Shown piece after piece: positions 38,369 to 48,030 of a DNA stretch of 64,000 bases; the stretch's first letter is position 1; every line of letters starts with the position of its first letter. The DNA lies in the IMG/VR virus record IMGVR_UViG_3300033418_000001, positions 44,444 through 108,443 of that record; one strand, given 5' to 3'. Below the pieces are notes generated by a model. It was not told where the DNA came from. It did not search any database and saw only the letters and a program-made list of their open reading frames with translations. The stretch comes from a virus. Made by a program: the position numbers and the translations under genes.

Positions 38369-39469
38369 TCATCCCAGTATCTCCCCCGTCTCCTTGTCGA
38401 TCTTCGCCGTCACCGGAATCTTGTCGATCTTGGTGGCCATGGTGGTGACTGCCGCCTCGCACTTGCGCGCGAACTTCGCCTCGGCCCGGTACTCATCCTT
38501 GATCACGTCCAAGGTCTTGTACTCCTTGCCGAACAGTTCCCACGAAACCTTGCCCTTGATCAACTGCCCCTGCGCTTTGAGGAAGGACGCCACGGTGTTC
38601 CACGCTTCGACTTGACCCACGTCAAGATGCTCATGGGCGATCAGTGCTTGGTCGAACTCAAAGCTGCGTCCGACGATAGGGCACTTGTACTTCTTCACGA
38701 TCCCCGACACGTGGATGACGGCAGGCTTGTCCTTGCTCACCGACTCGATCATCACCTTCTTGCCATACAGGCGCAAGGTCAGCGACGACGCGAACTTGAG
38801 AGCGTTGCCGCCGCTGAACTTCTCGGGGTCGCCATGGGTCTTGCCAATCTCGTAGCGGGTCTGCGCGATGGCGACGAGCGCCGGGAGGTGGTCAAGCTTG
38901 CTCTCCCGGGACAGGGCCATGGTGGACTTGCGGACCATCTTGCTGACGATGGCCGCGCTGCCCGCCACGATCTGCTTCTCGGCCCCCGACACGATTTCGT
39001 TCTCGGTGACCATGGCCGACACGGAGTCCACCAACACCATGCCCACGTCCTTGGCGTAGAGGAAGGCTTCCACCGCATCGACCGCCTGCTCCGCGTTGTC
39101 GGGCTGCACGACAATGAGCCGCTTGGTGTCGAGGCCGAGGATGCTGCCCCAGTCGTTGTCCCATGCGTGTTCCGCGTCGATCAGCACGGCGGTCTCGCCC
39201 ATGGTCTGCACCTGCCGCAGCGCAAGGTAGCCCTGCATCGACTTGGCCGATGACTCGGGGCCATAGACGACGCTCACCCGGCTGCGGGGGATACCACCCC
39301 CCGTGGCCAGATCGAGCGGGAAGATGCCGGTGGGGATGCGGGGAACCGGCTTGAACACCCCACCCTTGGATGCGACCTGATCCCCGTGCTGCTTCTTCAG
39401 TTCCCCGAGAACCTTGTCCGACGCGAGCGAGCCTGCCTTAGTTGTCTTGAGACTGACTGCCACCGTCAT
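38369..39469 (-). CDS. recA: RecA-like recombinase
   Basis: IPTGIFPLDLATGGG, YGPESSAKS, IDAEHA, LVDSVSAM, GGNALKFASS. Confidence 0.9.
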   Translation of the reverse strand: MTVAVSLKTTKAGSLASDKVLGELKKQHGDQVASKGGVFKPVPRIPTGIFPLDLATGGGIPRSRVSVVYGPESSAKSMQGYLALRQVQTMGETAVLIDAEHAWDNDWGSILGLDTKRLIVVQPDNAEQAVDAVEAFLYAKDVGMVLVDSVSAMVTENEIVSGAEKQIVAGSAAIVSKMVRKSTMALSRESKLDHLPALVAIAQTRYEIGKTHGDPEKFSGGNALKFASSLTLRLYGKKVMIESVSKDKPAVIHVSGIVKKYKCPIVGRSFEFDQALIAHEHLDVGQVEAWNTVASFLKAQGQLIKGKVSWELFGKEYKTLDVIKDEYRAEAKFARKCEAAVTTMATKIDKIPVTAKIDKETGEILG

Positions 39470-39811
39470 GCTCCTCGGTCAGCGACGCCATGCGGGTGTC
39501 CACCCACGCCAAGCACTCCTCGTAGCAGGCGTCCACGCTCTCAGGGTCGCACGGCATGTGGATGGAGACGCCCACCTTCACGCTGTTGAAGTCGCCGAGG
39601 TTGATGGTGCGCTGCGCCTGCACGCCGACGTTGGCGTAGACCTTGGGCACCTCGCGCAGGGGTTGCACGGTGGTCTTCACCACCTCGCTCCCTGTCTTGC
39701 TGTGCGCGACCGAAGTCTCCACGATCCCCGCCACCTGCGTCTTCTCGGAGATGACCTGCTTGGCCGTCTTCTTGTTGGGCACCGGCTTGGCCTTCTTGAT
39801 GTTGATCGCCA

Positions 39812-40246
39812 TCACGCCGCCTTCTGCCACGTGGCCTTGATGCGGGACACGATTGCGGCCTGCTTGTCAGCGAACTTGGGGTCGGTGTAGTGCATCGCGC
39901 TGCGGTGGGTCACCAACCGCGAGACCTGATACACGTTCTTCGGGTGGTAGCGCCGACGCTGCACGCCATCGGTGGTGCGCGGGATGAGCTTCTTGCGCTC
40001 CAAGTTGCGGATGGTCTCGGGGCTGCACCCCACTTCAGCAGCGAACTCGCTGATCAGCATGTAGTTCCTCACGACGCGCTCCCTGTTCTGCCACGGCTTG
40101 TTCTTCTTCCGCCACTCCCGGCACACCTTCAGATTCTTCTCCCGGTACTTGCGGTCCTCTTGGTACCGTTCCCTCCGGCGCTGCGCCACCTTTTCCTTGT
40201 TGGCTTGGTACCAGATTTGGAACTTGGTCAGTTGCTTCTTTGCCAT
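39812..40246 (-). CDS. MerR-type HTH protein
   Basis: ISEFAAEVGCSPETIRNLERKKLI...RRRY. Confidence 0.7.
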   Translation of the reverse strand: MAKKQLTKFQIWYQANKEKVAQRRRERYQEDRKYREKNLKVCREWRKKNKPWQNRERVVRNYMLISEFAAEVGCSPETIRNLERKKLIPRTTDGVQRRRYHPKNVYQVSRLVTHRSAMHYTDPKFADKQAAIVSRIKATWQKAA

Positions 40247-40255
40247 CTTGGTCCT

Positions 40256-41629
40256 CTACAGGTAGATCACCTCGCCCTTCAACTCAGAGGAGGTGTATTG
40301 CTTGAGACGGGCCTTGAAGTAGCCTTCCAGAATGGCGCTGTCAGTGTCCACGAAGTCCACGATCACCGGCTTGGGCTTGCCCGGGTACTCACGCAACACT
40401 CGCCCTGCGGCTTGGGTCACGTTAGCCCTCGGGGTCGCCAAGATCAGACAATCCCACCATGGCACATCCGTTGCCTCACTGGTCATACCGTAGGTGCAGA
40501 AGACGAGGTGCTTGGTCTTCGCCACCTCAAGGTCGGCCTTCTTCATGCCACCCTTGTAGTATGCCATGTCACTGTCAGGCACTCCGGCCCGTTTGCACAT
40601 CTCCCGCAGCATACCAAGGTGCTTGTCCTCTGCCAAGTCCGACATGACGATGGTCCATCGTCCCTTCTTGTAGGCTTGCACAGCGGTGTTGACGATCATG
40701 GCATTGCGAATGCCGTCCTGCGCCATGGCCGTGATGATGTGCATCAGCTTGCCCGCCTCATGCGGCATCTGAATCCTGATCAGGTTGCCGTGCGAGTCCC
40801 GACGCATCACCCGGGGCAGCTTCCACCCGGTCATCTTGACCAACACCTTCGGCGGCACCGGGATCAGCTTGGCCTTGACCCCCACCCTGCCGATGTGACC
40901 ATGGAACACCCCGTCCTTGCCGTCGATGCGCTGCGGTGTGGCGCTGAAGCCGAGGCGTAGCTTGGTGGGGAACATGGCAGCGACCGTGCTGAAGGTCTCT
41001 GCGGCCATGTGGTGCACCTCATCGAAGATGACCAAGCCGAACTCGGACTTGTCGAAGTCGTACTCGCGCTGCGCGAGGGAGTGCACCATGGCCACCACGA
41101 TGCCCCGGCCCTCCACCTCGCACTTGTTCTGTTGGATGATCCCCACCTTGGGCGCGGAGGGGAAGAACTTCGCCACCTCCTTGGGCCACGACGTGAGCAG
41201 GTCTTCCTTGGTGACGACGATCAGCGTCTTCACGCCTAGCTGCGCCGCGATGTTGAGAGCGCAGAAGGTCTTGCCGAAGCCCGTGGACGCTTCCACGATG
41301 TGCGAGTGGTCCGCCTTGAGCAGGGCCACCGACTCCTTGATGACGCGAGCTTGCTCCGTGTTGCGCGGGGAGAACGCAGGGGCACCCATGTCGATGGGCA
41401 GGCCCGCACTGCGCTTGTCCACCTCGGTGCCTCGCCAGTTCTGCACCATCTCGCGCGGCACGCCGATGAGCGGAGCCATGCCGAAGCCGAAGGCCACGGA
41501 AGCAGTGCCCGCCGTCGCCATGTTGTACGCCTCATCGAACCGGTTGATGCGGTTCAGCGAGTCGTGCATCTTCTGCGTGTGGTGGTACCACGCACAGGAG
41601 TCAACCAACAGGGGTTTGCCGTAGATCAT
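40256..41629 (-). CDS. Superfamily 2 helicase
   Basis: ASTGFGKT, IFDEVHH, GFSATP, QAAGRVLR. Confidence 0.9.
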   Translation of the reverse strand: MIYGKPLLVDSCAWYHHTQKMHDSLNRINRFDEAYNMATAGTASVAFGFGMAPLIGVPREMVQNWRGTEVDKRSAGLPIDMGAPAFSPRNTEQARVIKESVALLKADHSHIVEASTGFGKTFCALNIAAQLGVKTLIVVTKEDLLTSWPKEVAKFFPSAPKVGIIQQNKCEVEGRGIVVAMVHSLAQREYDFDKSEFGLVIFDEVHHMAAETFSTVAAMFPTKLRLGFSATPQRIDGKDGVFHGHIGRVGVKAKLIPVPPKVLVKMTGWKLPRVMRRDSHGNLIRIQMPHEAGKLMHIITAMAQDGIRNAMIVNTAVQAYKKGRWTIVMSDLAEDKHLGMLREMCKRAGVPDSDMAYYKGGMKKADLEVAKTKHLVFCTYGMTSEATDVPWWDCLILATPRANVTQAAGRVLREYPGKPKPVIVDFVDTDSAILEGYFKARLKQYTSSELKGEVIYL

Positions 41630-41985
41630 TCTCCCTTTCCCCAACGCTCGCTCACCACTTCGTAGTAAAACTCTTCGGGGGTATCCCTCGGCGGATAACA
41701 CCACACCGCAGAACGAGCAACCAACGCCCGGGCCTCTGCTTCGTCATGGTGGTTCTTCACCTTGGCCCGTACCAAAGTTTGCCGCACGATCTGGGACACC
41801 CTCTGCTGAGAGATGCCCCACTTGCGACCTAGCGCGGCGCAAGTCATGCCGCAGAGATGGTCCAACGTGATCATCGCGTTGCGGCGCCGAACCGAAATAC
41901 CGGTCTCCCATGGCTCCGCGTTGACGTTGATGACCTGCACGCTCACTCCTTTGAAGGTGGGGGGTTCCGGCCTGTATCGTTTCAT
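41626..41985 (-). CDS. Sigma-region-4-like HTH protein
   Basis: GMTCAALGRKWGISQQRVSQIV. Confidence 0.6.
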   Translation of the reverse strand: MKRYRPEPPTFKGVSVQVINVNAEPWETGISVRRRNAMITLDHLCGMTCAALGRKWGISQQRVSQIVRQTLVRAKVKNHHDEAEARALVARSAVWCYPPRDTPEEFYYEVVSERWGKGE

Positions 41986-42017
41986 CCGGCGTGGGCAAGT
42001 CCCAACCCCCCGTACTG

Positions 42018-42806
42018 CTACATGTGCTTCCCGGCCTCCGCATCCGCCGCTTCCGCGTCGGGTGCCGACTCGCTGCCGATGGGCTTGCCGCTACCGAAGC
42101 CCTTCGCGCGCAGTTCCTTGCCCGAGAGGAACACGATTTCCTTCTCGTAGTCGGCGGGGACGAAGACCGTGGTGGTCTTGCCGTCCTTGCCCTTGCGCGT
42201 GTACTGCTTTTGCAGCGCCGTGATGTTGCCCTTCTCTTCGAAGTCGAAGCTGCCCCCGACGTTGGGATCGCTGTCGTTGAGCCGCGAGATTTCGAAGGTG
42301 GCCCCGGCGAGGCCATCGCGCTTGGTCGCCATCTGTTGCAGCAGCTTGATGGTGTTCTTCTTCGCCACGTAGAGCTTCGGGGTGTCCTTGTAGACGCCCT
42401 TCTTCCCCTTGTAGGTGCGGTGGTCGATGATGGTCAGCACGCCGACGAGCGACGGGAAGTCACCACCTTCGCACAGCGGGCAGGGTTCCGACTCGGCGAT
42501 GCAGACGAACTGCTCCCAGTCCCCGTTGACCTGCACGGAGTGTTCGCGGAACGTCAGGATGTCGAGCGTGCCATCGGGGAGCAGGTTGCCGTCCACGAAG
42601 GTCACACGGGCGGACTCGCCCTTGGGAATCCAGAACCGCCACATCCGGTTCTTCTCGGCGAAGTGCTTGTCGGCGTCCTTCTCGTACTGCTCCATCGCCG
42701 CCGTCGCTGCCTTGCCGCGCTTCGCCCAACTCGGGGTCTTGCTGCCGGTCGGGGACTTCTCTTGGGCCGCAGGCCCGGTCTTCTTTACGATTGCCATGAT
42801 AGGCAT
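42018..42806 (-). CDS. Single-stranded DNA-binding protein (gp32-like)
   Basis: RFWIPKGESARVTF, C...PCPLC, acidic tail; adjacent to primase. Confidence 0.7.
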   Translation of the reverse strand: MPIMAIVKKTGPAAQEKSPTGSKTPSWAKRGKAATAAMEQYEKDADKHFAEKNRMWRFWIPKGESARVTFVDGNLLPDGTLDILTFREHSVQVNGDWEQFVCIAESEPCPLCEGGDFPSLVGVLTIIDHRTYKGKKGVYKDTPKLYVAKKNTIKLLQQMATKRDGLAGATFEISRLNDSDPNVGGSFDFEEKGNITALQKQYTRKGKDGKTTTVFVPADYEKEIVFLSGKELRAKGFGSGKPIGSESAPDAEAADAEAGKHM

Positions 42807-42857
42807 CTCCTTCAGGTTTCAAAGTCGCCACGTAGGGCGCACGTCAATGTACAACGA

Positions 42858-43814
42858 TCAAACCACAGGGTCAAGCTTCACGAAAGGGTCCAATGCTTCT
42901 CGGATGCTCTCGGATGACATGTCGCCCGGGTCTTTGCTCCCCTCGGGCAACTGCACGCGCTGCGTGTCGGGCAGCATGTCGCGCAGGTGCCAGAAGACTT
43001 GCTCTCCCGCGAGGTCGCTGTCGGTCATCGCCAACACACCTGCGGCAAGCGAGATGGTCGCCATCTTGCGCTTGTTGATGGACGCCATGAAGATGGCGCA
43101 CACGTTCTTGTAGTGCGGGTAGACCGCCGCCAGATCGAACGGGCCTTCCACCACGACGAGAGGCTTCAGTGGGTTGATCCATGACTCGCCGTAGAGGACC
43201 ACCGACGTGTTGTTGTTCCCGTTCCACACGAAGTCGTGGTACCGCTTGGCCGTCACGGAGCGCCCACGGAAGCCTGCCAGTTGCCCGCCGCGATGGCGGA
43301 TCGGGAAGCAGACCATGCCACGCTTCTGGTCCCACCGCAGATCGAGCGCCCTGCACGTGGCCTCGGTGATGCGGCGCGTGATCAGGTAGGCCCGCGCCGG
43401 GGCCACGCTCCATGCGGGGGTGTAGTCGTCAAGGAACCACTCCGGCCATGGTTCGAACACCTTGGTGTCACTGGTGTCCTTCCACTCATGGGGCATGTAC
43501 CCAATCTCGTCTTCCTGCGCGACGATCTGCCGTGCCTTGGCGAAGTCGATGTCGGTCTTATCCCACCGCTTGGCATCGTGGTGCAACTCGATCAGAAGCT
43601 CGCTCAGGTCGCGCCCCTTGAGGCCGCAGGCGAAGCAGTTGTACCCGCTCTTGCCGTCCTCCACCACGTTGATGCCGAAGGACGGGTTGCTGTCGTGGCC
43701 GTGGGCATGGCGGGAGAAGGCGCCGGGGCAGCTTGCCTGCACCCACTCGCCTTCGTCCTTGGCGCCCTGTGACCCGAGCGCCGCCAGAAGCTCTACGATG
43801 CCCTGCCGATTCAC
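42858..43814 (-). CDS. DNA primase (Zn finger + TOPRIM)
   Basis: SCP...H...D.NPSF...YNCFACG; VVEGPFD; MTDSDLAG; KDPGD. Confidence 0.88.
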   Translation of the reverse strand: MNRQGIVELLAALGSQGAKDEGEWVQASCPGAFSRHAHGHDSNPSFGINVVEDGKSGYNCFACGLKGRDLSELLIELHHDAKRWDKTDIDFAKARQIVAQEDEIGYMPHEWKDTSDTKVFEPWPEWFLDDYTPAWSVAPARAYLITRRITEATCRALDLRWDQKRGMVCFPIRHRGGQLAGFRGRSVTAKRYHDFVWNGNNNTSVVLYGESWINPLKPLVVVEGPFDLAAVYPHYKNVCAIFMASINKRKMATISLAAGVLAMTDSDLAGEQVFWHLRDMLPDTQRVQLPEGSKDPGDMSSESIREALDPFVKLDPVV

Positions 43815-44203
43815 TGCTCGTCTTTTGCAGATGTCTGCACGGACCCGCCGATGGTCTTCACCGCGTCCAACTCGGTCTTGACGGGCGGGAACTCCACCTT
43901 CTCCACCCACAGCCACAACAGGTAGGCGCACGTCGCCGTCTTGTCCTCATGGCGAGGCTCCCACGACCGCAGGATCGACGCCACGTGCTTGTACGCCGCC
44001 TCGGCGCTGACGCCCTCCTTGGTGTAGAACAGCGTGCCCTGCGGCAGTCCTTCGAAGAACCACCGGTCCACGACCTTGCACCATGGGTCGGTGCCGTCGC
44101 AGAACCTTTCGGGGATGTCATCCGGCGGCAGCAGGGACCGCAACTCTTCCCCGTAGGCACCGAAGGCGCGAACCGCATCGGTGGTGACTCTTGGCATGAA
44201 CAT
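43811..44203 (-). CDS. Hypothetical phage protein
   Basis: AAAGGAGTG RBS; WFFEG...SWEPRHEDK. Confidence 0.65.
   Translation of the reverse strand: MFMPRVTTDAVRAFGAYGEELRSLLPPDDIPERFCDGTDPWCKVVDRWFFEGLPQGTLFYTKEGVSAEAAYKHVASILRSWEPRHEDKTATCAYLLWLWVEKVEFPPVKTELDAVKTIGGSVQTSAKDEQ
43826..43839. repeat. 14-bp quasi-palindrome copy 12
   Basis: Gene end just upstream of primase (QTSA). Confidence 0.95.
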
Positions 44204-44219
44204 CAGGCACTCCTTTGCT

Positions 44220-44788
44220 GACGATGGGATTGCCCCTTACGGGGGCAAGTCGCTTCTCCATGGCCACTTCACTGAAGACTCACTCTCCGAAGAGGGCTTG
44301 GTGGTATGCAGCGGTGGGGGAATCAGCAGTCCCGCATCCTCGGGTAGGCGGGGCATCAGCCCCTAACCACACTTCTAACCCTAAGACTCACCCTGTCTCG
44401 CGCTACCGGCATCCTTGTGGGACTCGATGTACCCACTAAGGAGGGCGTCTAGCTGCACACTACCAAACCCACTTCGGAGAGCGGGGGGAGGCATCGTAGC
44501 TGATAGCCACCCCCACTCCGGTTTCCCCACGATCACTGAGCCTGAGACGAGAACGATATAAGACCGGTGTCCTGAGCCACTAGACGACCCCCCTGTGGTA
44601 CGCGCTACGCCGCGCAGTGGCAGGAGGGGCGGGATTTGAACCCGCGTTTCCGATCAAGTTGTGGGCGAACTTGATCCTCAAAATCAGTGCCCACGTCCCA
44701 GTGTTCGTGCCTTACGATACCGATGTCTTGGCAATACGACAGTCAGTGACGACTACGCCAACGACAACGATAACGCTGCCAAGCCCTC
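44220..44788 (-). ncRNA. Large structured ncRNA candidate containing a permuted tRNA-like domain
   Basis: No credible ORF; 30-bp inverted repeat 44283-44312/44452-44481 whose mismatches include two G-U wobbles on the minus strand; hexamer tracts; tRNA halves. Confidence 0.7.
44563..44654 (-). ncRNA. Circularly permuted tRNA-Glu-like element (3' half precedes 5' half)
   Basis: ATCGG-AAAC-GCGGG-TTCAAAT-CCCGC-CCCTCCT-G-CCA (44654-44618), 23-nt linker, then AGGGGGG-TC-GTC-TAGTGGCTCAG-GAC-A-CCGGT (44594-44563); acceptor and anticodon stems pair across the halves. Confidence 0.8.
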
Positions 44789-45559
44789 CTATGCCTTGAG
44801 CGGCGCGAGCAGGATCGCAACCACCTTGTCCGCGATCTTCTCGGTCACCGCTTCCGTTTCGTTCGCGCGCATCCGCGCCTGCTTGACCTCCACCATCAGG
44901 TCATCGACCACCTTGATGGCTTCGGCCTTTTGCAGCGCCGTGCACGCACCGCTTCGCTTGGTGATGGAGTTCTTCCCCACCACGATGTCCTTGTTCACCG
45001 CCGCCACCTGCGCCGGGTGCTTGTCCGTCGCCGGGGACATCTGCACCGGCACCGTGACCTTCTCGGTCTTGGTGGTCTCGTCGGGGAACTTGGTCTCCCA
45101 GATGCCGACACCCAGATCGCCCGCCTTGACCCAGTGCTTGGTGGCATCGAGCGTCGGCATCTCGGCATACAGCGCCCGCAGACGCATCAGCCGCGCTTCC
45201 AGACCGAGCAGTTCATCCACCGGCAGGCCGGGGAGCAGCACGGTGCCGCGCCACATCACGTCGCCCGTCGCCTTGCGATTGGTCGCGTTCTTCTGGTACT
45301 GAAGGTCTTCCGCCTTGGCGAAGATGTCGAGCGCGTAGGTGAGCGTGTCGAGGACCGTGGTGGTCACCGGCTTCTCTTCCCGCGCCGCCGCCTCGATGGC
45401 CGCGTTCTCGGGCGTGCCCTCGATCATGGTGAGGGACTTGCTGTGGCCTTCGAAGAAGTGACCGACGTTCTTGAACTTCTTCAGCGTGTCCTCGTACAGA
45501 GCATTCCACGCCCCGGTGGGCGTCTTCTCTGCGGCGAGCAGTTCGTGCAGCTTTGCCAT
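44789..45559 (-). CDS. Uncharacterised protein directly upstream of the ncRNA
   Basis: MAKLHELLAAEK...PATDKHPAQV...KQARMRAN; own promoter and RBS. Confidence 0.8.
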   Translation of the reverse strand: MAKLHELLAAEKTPTGAWNALYEDTLKKFKNVGHFFEGHSKSLTMIEGTPENAAIEAAAREEKPVTTTVLDTLTYALDIFAKAEDLQYQKNATNRKATGDVMWRGTVLLPGLPVDELLGLEARLMRLRALYAEMPTLDATKHWVKAGDLGVGIWETKFPDETTKTEKVTVPVQMSPATDKHPAQVAAVNKDIVVGKNSITKRSGACTALQKAEAIKVVDDLMVEVKQARMRANETEAVTEKIADKVVAILLAPLKA

Positions 45560-45599
45560 GGTTCTCACTCCTTTGGTTGGATGACGACAACGAGATGTG

Positions 45600-45627
45600 A
45601 TTCTACTACGTGTTTCCGAAGTGTCAA
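45600..45627 (-). promoter_or_regulatory. Sigma70-type promoter of the protein+ncRNA unit
   Basis: TTGACA-N16-TAGAAT, then AAAGGAGTG. Confidence 0.8.
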
Positions 45628-46314
45628 CTACTCCTTCGGGGCAGGCAACTCGATGGGGGGCTTCTCCCCCTTCAGCACAGCAAGCCCAGTGCGAGACACG
45701 ATGCTGCTGACGTAAGCCTCCACCTCGGTCTTGGCGTCCTCGGTGACCTTCTCCATGTGTTCTCCGAACTGCTCCGCGACGAACTTGACGGAGGAGGTTA
45801 CACCATAGCCCGCCACCTCCAAGGCCATGAGGATTTCCTTCTTCGCCTTGGCCGACAGGCTAGTGCCCTCGATCATGGTCCGCACCTTGTCCAACCCCGC
45901 GTTGGTCTTGAGCAACGTCTTCTTCATCTCCACAGCGAACTGATCCTGCCGCCTCTCCGGTGGGGGCAAGCCCGGGATGTTGTAGTTGCCCTTCACGGCC
46001 AACAGAGTGCAGGGGGTGCCGCTGCCGACGTTGAGCGTGGAGATGAACGTGGCCCACTGCGCCTCCGACATCTCCACCTCGGTGATGAGGCCGCGAGCGA
46101 AGTGCCAGTCCCGCGACAAGCTGCGATGCAACTCGCTGTGCTTGATTTCGATGCGGATGGTGTTGTGGTGGGTGAAGTCGGAAGCGTACAACTGCGTTTG
46201 GCCACTCACCCGATGCGCGACGATCTGCGCGAAGGCCGGGTGCGTGGTCACCGTCTCCGACACCACGGAGGTGCCCTTCTCTGTGACGGGCTTCTCGATG
46301 GGCCGCATCGTCAC
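45628..46314 (-). CDS. Hypothetical phage protein
   Basis: HPAFAQI...EVEMSEAQWATFIST.N.G.G.PCTL. Confidence 0.65.
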   Translation of the reverse strand: MTMRPIEKPVTEKGTSVVSETVTTHPAFAQIVAHRVSGQTQLYASDFTHHNTIRIEIKHSELHRSLSRDWHFARGLITEVEMSEAQWATFISTLNVGSGTPCTLLAVKGNYNIPGLPPPERRQDQFAVEMKKTLLKTNAGLDKVRTMIEGTSLSAKAKKEILMALEVAGYGVTSSVKFVAEQFGEHMEKVTEDAKTEVEAYVSSIVSRTGLAVLKGEKPPIELPAPKE

Positions 46315-47001
46315 ACCACCCCTTCGTCAACCCACATCACGGTCTCCTCGGTCACCCGCTTGACGACGCGGACCTTCTTGAAGCCCTCCCGCACCTTCTT
46401 CTCCTTCGCGTAGCTGAGAGAGTCATCGAAGGTGGGGTACCACGGGCCGAGGTCGAACCACACCCCGCTGCCGTTGGCTTGCGATTGGTACTTCGTCATC
46501 GTGGTCACAGCCGCATCTCCTTGAACACCAGAGTCCGCATGTCTTCCAAGTGGGCCTTGGTTGCCGCCAACTCGCCGCTGCTGCCGACACCAGAAGGCCG
46601 CACCCCCGAGTTCCACAACTCGGTGATCAGGGCTTCGGCCTCTTCGAAGGTCAGCGACATCGAGGGGCGTGCGATGGTCTCGTTGGGTTCGATGGTTTCG
46701 AACACCAAGGTCTTGGCCACCGCCACCGTATCGGGGGAGGCGTGCGAGAACACCGTCAGTTCGAACGCCCGTCGCCGGATGTCCTTGTTGACCCAGAACT
46801 CCAAGCCTTGCCTGATCATGTCTTCCTCTCACAGCGCCCCGCGAGGGGGCGCCACAGGTACCCAGTGACCCGCATCCATGCGGTCTGCGTCTCGCGGTGC
46901 TGCACCTTGCCGCAGTTCGCACAGCGCCGAACCGGCTCGCTCATGAACAACTGAGCGTTCGACCATCCCGGCGGGTGATACGGCTCCCACTTGTGCGCCA
47001 T

Positions 47002-47406
47002 CTACTTCTCGATGATGTCGATCTTGCGGGCGCCGTTCTCGATGGTGATGAACTCGGCGCTCTCGTTGGGGGTGAGGTACTTGTCCACGTCCGTGAGCGT
47101 GATCTTGGCCACCTCCCAGAAGACCTCGTTGCCGAGAGCCTTCTTCAGACCCATCATGTTGTCGATCTTGCGGACCTTGGTGGCCTCGCTGAAGACCACG
47201 CTGTAGTCGGTGCCTTCGAACACGACCGGCTGCGACGGGTCTTGCTCCATGGCCTGCTCGCGCAGACCCTTGGTGAGCTTGTCGTACTCCTTGGTGATCG
47301 GCGCGAGCGCGTCGATCTGCTTCTTCAGTTCGATGATCCGGTCCACCGTCATCGCCGTGGCGGACTTGGGGGCGGCTTTGGTCTTGACCTTCAGGGAGAC
47401 TGCCAT
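47002..47406 (-). CDS. Hypothetical protein (promoter-cassette gene)
   Basis: Promoter and RBS upstream; coiled-coil N-terminus. Confidence 0.65.
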   Translation of the reverse strand: MAVSLKVKTKAAPKSATAMTVDRIIELKKQIDALAPITKEYDKLTKGLREQAMEQDPSQPVVFEGTDYSVVFSEATKVRKIDNMMGLKKALGNEVFWEVAKITLTDVDKYLTPNESAEFITIENGARKIDIIEK

Positions 47407-47443
47407 GGTTCACACTCCTTTGTCGTTGGGGTCCAACAGTTGC

Positions 47444-47471
47444 AATGTACCACGTTGTTTGGAAGTGTCAA
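47444..47471 (-). promoter_or_regulatory. Sigma70-type promoter
   Basis: TTGACA-N16-TACATT, then AAAGGAGTG. Confidence 0.75.
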
Positions 47472-48030
47472 GGGGCGTGAAGCCCTTGCACGTGGTGTTG
47501 CGGAACGGGAAGGACTTCAGGTTGGCCATGCCCTCCTTGTACGCGCACTCCCACCACCAGATGTGGGGCATCTCCCATGACTCTTCTTCCCGGCGAAGAT
47601 TGGCGCAGCGATGGCAAGCGTTCACTTGGCCTCCTTCAGGTGGTGCTTCCGCAACATCCTGCCATTGGGGCAGATGCAGAAGTTGATGCGACCGACATGC
47701 CACCCGGCAGGCGACACTGCCCGCCCCGTAGTGTCGATCTTGCCCGTGTTGCCGCACAAGGTACAGAGGCCCGTGCGCTCATCCGTGAACTCCTCTGCCC
47801 ATTCCTTGGATGTGATCATTTGGTCACCTCCGCTTCGATGCACTCGTCCGTGTCATCGAACGTCACGGTGTTGGGGTCGAAGCCCAGTTCCCGGCCCAGA
47901 ACGTCCCACGCCTCCGACAATGGGTTGGGGTGGGGCACACTGCCATCACGCAGGTTGGTCATGGCCAAGGTGCGTTCCGCCGCCACATCAAGCTCCTTCT
48001 CTTGCTTCTCCGTCAGGTAGAACGTGCGCC

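Noticed and set aside
44540-44660. Conventional tRNA gene, or attP-type tRNA fragment
   Set aside because: The halves are in reversed order and no anticodon loop closes in situ. Both halves are mutually complementary, which argues against a simple att remnant, and no integrase is in the window.
44220-44788. Two-piece tmRNA
   Set aside because: It has a full D-arm, G4-U69 rather than G3-U70, and a G discriminator; I saw no tag reading frame ending in Ala-Ala on the minus strand.
3197-45045. Partial palindrome matches GACATCTGCA at 3197-3206 and 45036-45045
   Set aside because: Only 10 contiguous bases match and the left arm is missing; they are explained by VQMS codons and were not counted.
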